Of a DNA stretch of 64,000 nucleotides, positions 31,956 through 41,995 are shown one piece after another. The stretch's first letter is position 1. Every line of letters begins with the position of its first letter. Both the position numbers and the translations under genes were made by a program. The stretch is from Epithemia pelagica. Lineage: Eukaryota; Protista; Bacillariophyta. The DNA is taken from the NCBI GenBank assembly GCA_946965045.2, contig OX337231.1:1-64000 (forward strand). Reading direction: 5' to 3'. Under the pieces are notes generated by a model, which did not search any database, was not told the DNA's origin, and saw only the letters and a list, made by a program, of their open reading frames with translations.

Positions 31956-34900
31956 TCTATGGAAAAAGGCAGGCATCTTATAGAAGAAGTGCAAAAATGT
32001 CCTGTATTGCACGTTCTGGCACCAATCATTCGGAGAATGAGAGAACTTACCAAACAACTTCCCAAGCAGAACAAAGTCACTGTGAACTCAACACGGGACA
32101 TCATTGTGCGATCCCACATGTTCCGCTATGACATCTGGTCACGTTTGATTGGAACCATTGCTATCAAATGCGATCAAATTTTCACAACACTTTTCGATGG
32201 AGAGACTTGGTCGATTTTCACACGATTATCACAATACTTGGTTGTATTGGAGGACGGGAATGGGTCCTTCAATTTCTCCACTGAAATGGATGGACAAGAG
32301 TTGAAGTCCAGTGAACTTCGACTAAAAGATCAACTAGAGAATGTGACAATCGAACACTACATGAAAGAGCTTGTCGGCCTCATGGACATGTCTTTCCATG
32401 GAACTGGAGGTGGTGCGATGAGGTACGAAGAACTTAAAAGGATGACAAACAAACACTGCAAGTGGCACAATAGCACAATCTACTATGTGGCGACCACTAT
32501 CAAACGCTTCAATCACAAACAACGTCAAACAACGATAGAAAGGAAACTCCCTGAGAAATTGGCTCGATTCTATTTGCTGTATGACTTTCTCTCCCGACAG
32601 ACCATTGGGCCCAATGAGATGTCCCCCCAATTTATGCTGGGGACAAATCCAGAATCAATGCAAGTGACTGTGCAACAAATCTTCGGACTGCAGACTCTTC
32701 CCGAGTGTCTAGATATTCGACACTTGTGGACATCCATTTCGAACATTGTCTTTTCGAAGAACTCACTTTCCGGCAAACTCGCGGTCGACGAAAATATTGC
32801 ACGACTCTCGGGTCATTCGGCCCAAACCCACAATGACTTCTATGCATCAAAGGAAGAAGGATGCCAAGAGACTATATACGAGATATACCACAATGCAATT
32901 GGTCAAGGGGAGCTCAACGAGACCTACCATCTGGCCCCACTGTCCATCCCAGACCTTGACTATGCCTTGAAAATTTTGTACGGCGGGACTGCTCTGTATC
33001 GAAGTACCGAGCAACAACAGATGGTTTATACGACAATCAATCAAAAGCATGAAAATTATCATGTCTCCCTTGAATGTGGAGGAGGCAAGAGCCTAGCATG
33101 GACTCTACCTGTTTTTGCAAAGACTTATTTTGGGCGCCACATGGCGGGACTACACATTGTCATCCTACCCTACAAGTTTCTTGCAGCCTTTCATGTGTCC
33201 CAGCTACAACAGCTTTTCGATAAGAAGGTTGTTGCCAAGATTGCCTTTCTACAAAATTCAATGGTCAGCCAGAATTCCTATCCAGATTTTCTTGACGATG
33301 TGGGAGGAAATTTTCCAGATGTGATGTTCTGTACGGTGGACTCGATCGGGAGTCTTTTCAAATTTCACCATCTCTTTGTGCATGAACTGTCATCAAAACA
33401 CAAAAATGCCCGATTTTATCTCGATGAAGTGCATACACTATTCAGTGAACAGTTCAGAATAGCATATGACAACATACAGAACATCGGGCAATTTGGGGTG
33501 CCCCTCACCACACTCTCTGGGACTCTTCCCGGGCCTCTGGTAGAAAGTCTTGATGAATACTTGGGCCTTCGTCTCGATCGATTGATTACGGGGAGAACTC
33601 TATTGGGAATCTTCCCTAAGGGTTTCCGAATTGAGACAGTCCAATCATCACAACTAGTCCATGACACAGTGATCTGCACCAAAGGCAAAGTAACCACAGA
33701 GTCATCAACCTGTGTACATGTGATTGTGGCGACTAAACAGCAGTGTACCGACATTGCACAGTGCCTCAAGCAATCAACCAACCTTTCTGTTGAAGCTCTG
33801 TCATCGGATGAGCCTTCAAGTAGACAAGAAGCAGTTGCCCAGCAGTGGAGATCTGGGGACATCCGAATCTTGGTCTCAACAACATGTGCACTATGTGGTA
33901 ATGAGAATCACAATTGTCGACATGTGATTGTATGCGGCATGATATACAGTCTAATGAACATCGTCCAAGCTGTGGGAGGCCTACGGCCAAGTCAGAGAAA
34001 GCCTGATGGGAGTGTCACATTGTTGTATAGCACAGGACACACGGCAAGGGATCTCCAAGAAGACCAGACATTGAGGCTACTTGAAGACAAAGGATTACTG
34101 ACTGGATCTGAATCAAGAGCTCACCTTGAGTCGGTGTTTGGCTCAAGTTCAATAGCAATGTGGCTGGCCGAAAGAACATGCCGAGTACAAGGTCTGTCAA
34201 GACGATTCGGATTGGAGGTGGATTGCTGTGGTGTGTGTGATTGGTGTGTTGAACAATCAAGTCAAAGTGGACACTCCAGAGTCAGGGAGAGGGTCAGGAA
34301 TGAAGACATTGATGCGGAAAAGGCTGAATCCTATCTGGCAAGGCTTACAAGAGAATGCATTGTGTGCAAGGAGGCAGGATGCAATGGTGAAAGCTGTCTG
34401 CCCTATGGAGCATGCTTCAACTGTGGTCAGCCAGGTCACCAGAGAGGACAGTGCCGAGTCGATTTCCAAACAGTCTTGAGCAACAAGGCCTGCTTTTACT
34501 GCTTTGATGTGTTCAGCAGGCGCGGCTACAAGCAACACCATCCCAGTGCATGTCCTTTACAACGAAGATTGAAGCGGCTGATGATCGATGTATATGAGTC
34601 AAGGAAGACAAATGGACAATCCAGAGCAATGACTGATTTCATGTCCGAAGTAACATGTGACAGCCATTCGTTTCATGCTTTTCTGTGTCAGAGTGTTGAA
34701 CAACGGATGGGCATGACAGTGACACAGACACCTCATGCAACCACAGCAGCCAGACCATCTGTGGCACGACCAGCTCTACCAAGGAATCCATATGCAAAGA
34801 AAGCATTCAAGTAGATAGTATTAAGTTAGTAGTTACAATGTGTCGGGTTAAAGACCATCATCAAAAGGCCCATAGAAGAGTCATCTCACAAAAAATCTAA

Positions 34901-35218
34901 TCACGTCTCACAAAAAAATATTAGGCCCAAAGAAGGGTCATTTCACACAAAAATCTGACCCAGTCGCACTTGTAGTGACGGGAACTGAAACTAGTCGAGC
35001 TAGGACTAACTAATAAGCATGGGCATAGGTATGACTAGACTAGGGCTGTTCTAGTGGGCTGTTCTGCAGTGGGACAGCAGGCTGTTCTGCAGTGGGACAG
35101 GGCACTTCTGCAGTGGGACAGAGGGCGGTTCTGCAGTGGGACAAGTGGGATGGGGGCTATTCTGCAGTGGGACGCTAAAGTCTACGTAGGCCTACGGACA
35201 GGCACTTTCTCCTTAGGG
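31956..35218 (+). mobile_element. YR-RecQ unit, alpha terminus, subfamily C gene lacking its N-terminus (ORF 31959-34814)
   Basis: ORF has GGAMRYEEL, LDIRHLWTS, RLSGHSAQTHNDFY, LECGGGKS, YLDEVH, TLSGT and Zn domains. The alpha terminus lies downstream of the stop; the 5' part is cut at the 31955 junction. Confidence 0.85.
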
Positions 35219-38101
35219 CACGACTACCATATAGGTCTTGGGAGCCAAGTGATGTAGCTTGGCTCCTACCACCGGGACTAACCATGATAGTGACTTGCCA
35301 CCTCCACATGGTAATCCAAAGTGTCCATGACATGTGCTTTCTCTCGATGCAAAAGCCAACATGGCGTGTTGTTCAGAACACGTGTATGTGGCACTAGGCC
35401 CAAAGAGTTTGTGCAATGTCCTCAATATCTCCCCATCCGTCAAGTCTCGTTTCATGGTCACTGATTCTTTCCCAACAGACTTTTCACCCAGTGCTTTATG
35501 ATATGTCTCGAACAAGTCTTCTTTTGCAGCTACATTGCTTGACCCATAATGGTCACGATGTGTTATGAGGCTGTGACCTGACTGTTCAGCCACAGTCTTG
35601 GTTGTGTACTGATTCTGGATCGACATTTCATCAAACTCCGGGAAAAGAATATTAGAGATTGATCTCCACAAGTGCCTTACTTGGGTGCAATCCGGTCGGT
35701 TTTCGAAGCCAAAGATTGTTGCCACAGCATCGGTCATCTCGTGTACCCTGTTATTTCTCACTGGTACAAGTCTCCGCAAGTCATGCTTCAGCTGTGACTG
35801 AAGGTGTTGACATACAACTCTGAAGACCAAAAATATGCGTCCAAGTGACTTGGGTAGCTTGTGTTCAACAAGCTTTCCAGGTTTGTTGTTGAGTGCAGTG
35901 TATACTTTCTCGGTGTGACTGTAATAGTAGCATTGTTGGCCATGCCAACGAATGCTACTAAACAGACACCTTTCAATTTCTGCATATCGCATGGAGCCCA
36001 ACCCTGTTCCGTGGAATGCAAGTTCCAAGAATGATACCAGAATATCAACAGATGTTGCATTGAAGGCATGGTGCACTTGAATCACTTCAGATGTTATGAT
36101 AGAAGATTCTTTCTCGACCTGAAGAGACACCAATCCAGAAGATGGAGCCAAATTGACGTACAAGTGCAAATTTAGGTTGAGGAAATCAGTCCATTGGTCA
36201 CCAACCAGAAGAGTTCTGAAAGATGAAATACACTCTTCTTCAATACATGGTACAACATTCGTCCAAATATCAAATTTAAAAAGGAAGTTGTCAACCAATA
36301 TATCTTTTGTGGTTCGAATGGACACTTTCCGGGAAGATGGCATAAGTGCTTCTTTTTCGCGCATGCGTCGAATGGAACTTGCCAAGAAATTGATTGTTAT
36401 GGATTCCTGTGCCCGTTTTACTAGAGTCAAGGCCTGTTGAGAATAATCTTTGTCCATTTTGTAGATCAAGGAACATATACTCGCCCTTAGAATGGTGAGC
36501 AGAGCGGAATACATTGTTGCGATACGTGATGGGCCCAGTACGGACAATGACCCTGCGGTGTCCTTATGCCGCAAAGTCCGGCCAACCGCATAAGTCATGA
36601 GCATAGTATGGTGCCTGACAGAGTCAGGTGTCTCGAGACACAGATCAACAAGTAATGACTGTAAGTCACATTCTCTCTTCATAATGGATGGCTGCTGCTT
36701 GTGGATGAAGCACAACAATTTCTTGAGCTCTGGAACAAGTCGGTTTGGAAACTTGGTGAATGTGTAGGTCGTATTTGCTCCAGCATGTGACCCACTTTCC
36801 CTTGTACCATCAAATACCAAAAGCTTCGACCGAAAATTTGCTGGGACCATTTTCACATGAATTGGAGCGCCATGCAACAACCACTTCTCTCCAAAATCAT
36901 AGAAAAACTTGAGTATGGGTTCGTTGACTTCATCTTTGCCGGTAGTGGTTGTCAGAGAAAGCAAATTTTCCATCCGTTCTTGAAAGGTTGCTCCATCTGG
37001 CTTGGAAGAGTAGTGTTCCTCCTGAGCCAATGGATGAAACAAAGGAACAAAACAATCAACCATCTCCTCAGATACCATATGGAAAGTTTGGGTGACCGCT
37101 CTCTTTGTTTTCAAGATTGGATCCTCTTGGGAATATTTCATACTGACAGCAGTCATAGATACCAGCCTCCCACAAGAAGTGACCTGCAATTGTTCCCTCT
37201 CAGGCCCAATGGCTCCACAGGAGTTAGGTGAGGAGAGATGACGCATAACATTGCTGAGTCTTGTCCAACCAACAAGACACCTGCAAGAATATCCAAGAAC
37301 AGACCTCCCCGTGAAGAAGTTTTTTGCGGTATGAGGGTCTTCTTGCAAAATTTGCTAAAGGGACTGTTTTCTTGCAACAAGGAGTCGGTTGTCAGTTGCT
37401 GAGACACAGACTCCATGTTGATTTAGATGCCGCTGCATGGACCAAAGACTTTCTCCGAATGATTTCTTGCATATGCCGCATCCCATACCAAAGGGTGTCA
37501 CAATTGTAGCATCTAAACATGACAAGCCAATGCCCTGATCGGAACGGATCTTCTTCACAGGCGGTCTCCGGGATGGAGATGGCGTTCCAGGCCCATTGTT
37601 GGTAGCCATTGCTGGTTTCCTCGTGTGCATGGAACAGAGGAAGAGACATAACCAGCCGACTCTCAAGCACAAGCAAGGATGGGCCTCTTTGCAAGAGTCA
37701 TAATTCATGAAACAACAATGACCTTTTGTTGGGCCAATTGAGGTTTTCAGGTGAAGATGTTGGGCCTATTGAGGTTTTCAGGTGAAGATGTTGGGCGCGA
37801 AGGGGCACGCAGGCAAGCTTTTCGCGCCAAAAGAACGGGGGAACAACTAAGAGTGCGGTAATGGTTAGTAATCAATGAAATATAGGACTCATATTGAATA
37901 TGAGTGCTTAGAAATTAGACTTGAGCGGGGCATAGACATTCTGTGCTCATCTGCACAAGGGGCAGTGCTCTTTTGCAACAAAAGGCATATATAGCATTGC
38001 TCATATGCACAGATACTATAGCCCCTTGTGCTCATATGCACACGTTCAAATCCTACGGTCTCTAGTACTAAAGACACCCAAAAAAGGCAAATATCCTTAG
38101 G
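35219..38101 (-). mobile_element. YR-RecQ unit, beta terminus, subfamily A pseudogene (37609 to 35219, nonsense at 37355)
   Basis: Near-identical to 14654-17540. GAG>TAG change in QSLEQ. Confidence 0.85.
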
Positions 38102-39249
38102 ACACAACAGTATTCAACCCGAGAGCTAAAATGGTTCTTTTTGCCCCTATTTCTGGGTCTGTTGCATGAATTTGGCTCCAAAATGGAGTCGAGTGATGTA
38201 TGGAACTGTGGAGTAAGCAGCAAAATGGTCTTGCCAAACCACAGAGAGATTGAGATGGTTTTTCTATGTTGTTTTCCATCAGGAGAGATGCAGATTGTGG
38301 ACTAGACCGTTGGATTGGTTGAACCACAAAGTCAGATACAGTGTTGTGTTGGTGGATGTATGTGTGGAACGGAACCACCAAAGAGAATGAAGTTTGATTG
38401 GTGGATGTACGTAATGAGCGGAACCACCAGGAGTATGAGATTGGCTTGAGTGCCACTACCAGGAGTATGAAATTTGTGATCGGATATGGGAGAGCACGAG
38501 GGTCAGAGTCATGGTTTGGTTGTTCTCATGCAATTGCCTGAACAAGATCCATTTGGACTCGACCCATGTATTTGATTGTTGGCTCTGGCTATGCATTGCA
38601 TACTTCCCCATGTACTTTGTGAGTTGTTTGATCACGATGCAATGACAAAGATGGTTTATTTGGTGCTTAAGAAGGAGAACTAGAGGCACAATCACCTCGT
38701 CAGTGGACGCTGGAATCGCGAGGGGACCGAGAAATGGTCGCGGTAGTGGGCGGAATTTGGGCGATCTAGCTATCTGTCGGCGAGCCCTAGCCCCTCGCCA
38801 GTCGCTTCCCCTCGCCAGTCGCTTCTGTTGTTGGTAGATAACGTAGACACTTCTTTGTTTTGGACGATATTTCATCCAGCAACGAGGTCGTTTCTTGATT
38901 CGACAAAAATTCCTAACTTTTGCTTTTTTCGTGTACAAGAAGTATTCTTCTACAGACTTGTCGCTTTCCCGCCAAAAAAGCAAAAATCTAGCGCTAGTAG
39001 CTTTATGAGCCAATGAACAAGTACGGCCATATTGAATATGACCACTTGAGAAGTAAATAGAGGGCATAGGTAAATTCCTGGCTCAATCGCAACGGGGGTT
39101 ATGAAAAATTGCAGCTCATCTGCAAAATGAGCATAACAAATTTGCTCATATGCAACAAAGCACTGTAGGATATTCTGCTCATATGCACACGTTCAAATCC
39201 TACGGTCTCTAGTACTAAAACATGCCAAAAAAGGGGAAAATACTTAGGG
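38102..39249 (-). mobile_element. beta' terminus unit (matches 26930-27284) followed by unrelated, probably Copia-derived sequence
   Basis: 38895-39249 mirrors the unit at 26930-27284. 38717-38745 resembles the PPT/LTR start of the Copia at 63794-63822. Confidence 0.65.
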
Positions 39250-39341
39250 TGGTTCTGCAGTGGGACAAGTGGGATGGGGGCTGTTCTGCAGTGGGACGCT
39301 AGAGTCTACGTAGGCCTATGGACAGGCACTTTCTCCTTAGG
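39250..39341 (-). mobile_element. alpha-terminus stub (~92 bp)
   Basis: Only the terminus and two repeats remain before the next junction. Confidence 0.8.
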
Positions 39342-41161
39342 CGAGAGGTCATTAATTGTCAAGTCATTTCCATTGAGTTGAGTCCCATTAGATTCAATGG
39401 AATAATTGAACCAACCACAGTCATCCTGTATCACGTTAATTGGGCATCCATTGAGGTCAGTGAAAGCCATCCAGTCCAAGTGAGAAAAGATTTCTGAGCA
39501 GACACTGTCGCAGTGGACTTTCAATACCGACAGAAGGCTGGACCAAAGACCATATGCAAACTTATGACTCTGCACCACTATGTCTCCTGTGGAGGTCACA
39601 GTGACCTTACACTCCGTTGGTTGTTGACTTTGTAGTTCTCGTAGTTGCCTAATCATAGGACAGAGAACATGCACAGACACGCACTGTCAAACCTGCTTCA
39701 AAAGAGCTGCTCCTCTTTGCAGCACCTCTGAATCAAAATGGTAGATTGAAGAGCACACAGCTCCTCGAAGAAGACACAAGACATCAGAACACATACTTGC
39801 AGAGTTGCCTGGTCGGACAAAGGTTAATGACCCTTCATTTTCACGACACATCCGAGACAAACAGTATTTCACAACCAAGCAATCTTGGGGCAATTTCTGG
39901 ATTGGCTCCATGAAAAGACCCAGCAAGATTCTTGGGATGGCCCGAACAAGGTCATTCCTGTCACAGTCACGAAGGCTTCTCTGGTGTTGAGGAGAAATAT
40001 TCTGTTGGAAAATGAAGCACAGCAGCTTCTTGAGCTCCCGACCGATCACATCGTCATTGTGTCGAAATGTGAATGTGTTGTTTTGATTGACCTCATCAAT
40101 CTCCATTCCATCCAAAACAACAAGAGCAGCACGGAAATTTCCAGGAGTCCGTTGAACATGTAGTCGGACATGATCTTTAATCCAAACCTCTCCTCCTTGC
40201 AGGATCTCAAGGAGAACTGAGTCTGTAGTGTCTGTGCTTGCCCAGTCAACCATTTCAACCAGCCGGCTGGTTAAATTCTCACGGTACTGGTAGGCCAGAT
40301 CGTAAAACATGCTGGTGTACGTACGCACACCCATAGAACCTGCAAGCATTGGCTGTAGAATTGCAGCTGTCTGATCACTGTTCCATGGGGTATCACTTGT
40401 TTCCACTCCAGGGATCAACCTGCAACAGACTGTTGTCACACAAGAAGTTCTTGTTGCACTTGAACCATTGCATACTCCTCCACTATGGCGACAGTGATCT
40501 GCAAGTGCTCTTCGTGTCTTGAAAATTTCTCCACAAACGCAGCAATGACCCATCACAGTCTCCAGGATACTTGATGACCTGGTTTCTGTAGTGTTTAATT
40601 GTTGCATGTGGCTCTTACACTGTGCCAACATGTCTTTTAAGGAAACCCTGGTCACCCACTGCCGGTGTTTCTTCAAATGCCTTTGCAAGGACGATGTCGA
40701 AAAACCAATTGGAACTTTACAAACCAAACAATAAATATCAAAATGAGACACCCTGATGCCATGGTGATTGTCAAAGGCATACCCAGTCAATGGGTCAAAC
40801 AAGGGGGAAGAATCTGACATGGTCAATGGAGGAACTGTGCAAGGTACCAATGAGAGCGAGACGAGAGATAGATAGATGGGGTGGAGTGAGGTCATTGGGC
40901 CCATAGAAATTCATATGGGCCAAATGACCTTGGCAGTCCCAAGGGAAAAGGCAATAATAATTACTATAGGTTTTGATTGTACTTTGTGGGATGAGGGGCT
41001 GTGCGAAGGTGGGATGAGGGGCTGTGCGAAGGTGGGATGAGGGGCTGTGCGAAGGCGGGATGAGGGCTGTGCGAAGGCGGGATGAAGGAGAATAGTAGGA
41101 GGGGAGGGTGGGAAGCCAGGATCTACATAGCTCTACGTAGAGACCTAGTTTATCCTTAGGG
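39342..41161 (-). mobile_element. YR-RecQ unit, gamma terminus, 5' part of subfamily D gene (40904 to 39342, in-frame TGA at 39687)
   Basis: Terminus CCCTAAGGATAAACTAGG with GAAGGTGGGATGAGGGGCTGTGC repeats at about 40985-41085. ORF has CLVC..QRHLKKH and aligns by eye to subfamily C (VHVLCPMIRQLREL vs LHVLAPIIRRMREL). Confidence 0.8.
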
Positions 41162-41852
41162 ACAATTTCTGGATTGGCTCCATGAAAAGACCCAGCAAGA
41201 TTCTTGGGATGGCCCGAACAAGGTCATTCCTGTCACAGTCACGAAGGCTTCTCTGGTGTTGAGGAGAAATATTCTGTTGGAAAATGAAGCACAGCAGCTT
41301 CTTGAGCTCCCAACCGATCACATCGTCATTGTGTTGAAATGTGAATGTGTTGTTTTGATTGACCTCATCAATCTCCATTCCATCCAAAACAACAAGAGCA
41401 GCACGGAAATTTCCAGGAGTCCGTTGAACATGTAGTCGGACATGATCTTTAATCCAAACCTCTCCTCCTTGCAGGATGTCAAGGAGAACTGAGTCTGTAG
41501 TGTCTGCGCTTGCCCAGTCAACCATTTCAACCAGCCGGCTGGTTAAATTCTCACGGTACTGGTAGGCCAGACCGTGAAACATGCTGGTGTACGTACGCAC
41601 ACCCATAGAACCTGCAAGCATTGGCTGTAGAATTGCAGCTGTCTGATCACTGTTCCATGGGGTATCACTTGTTTCCACTCCAGGGATCAACCTGCGAAGG
41701 TGGGATGAGGGGCTGTGCGAAGGTGGGATGAGGGGCTGTGCGAAGGTGGGATGAGGGCTGTGCGAAGGCGGGATGAAGGGGAATAGTAGGAGGGGAGGGT
41801 GGGAAGCCAGGATCTACATAGCTCTACGTAGAGACCTAGTTTATTCTTAGGG
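41162..41852 (-). mobile_element. Internally deleted gamma unit
   Basis: Terminus and repeats are joined at about 41693 directly to an internal piece of the D gene (duplicate of 39895-40425). Confidence 0.8.
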
Positions 41853-41910
41853 GAGGGTGGGAAGCCAGGATCTACATAGCTCTACGTAGAGACCTAGTTT
41901 ATCCTTAGGG
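41853..41910 (-). mobile_element. gamma-terminus stub (58 bp), innermost unit joined to host DNA
   Basis: ATCCTTAGGG|CAAATTGT. The paralogous host region at about 56014 reads TTGGGCAAATTGT. Confidence 0.8.
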
Positions 41911-41995
41911 CAAATTGTAGGGTGGATCGCCTCGAGGAAGAGTGCAACAAGAGACTATATTCTCACAGTTGGCACGTTTTGAAGGAGACTCAGTT

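Noticed and set aside
12924-41910. Interpretation as telomeric retroelements (Penelope/Athena/Terminon, HeT-A, MoTeR-like)
   Set aside because: No reverse transcriptase in any unit, no poly(A) or hammerhead motif seen, a predicted intron is retained, and the junction has the C-rich repeat on the telomere-directed strand, opposite to G-strand priming.
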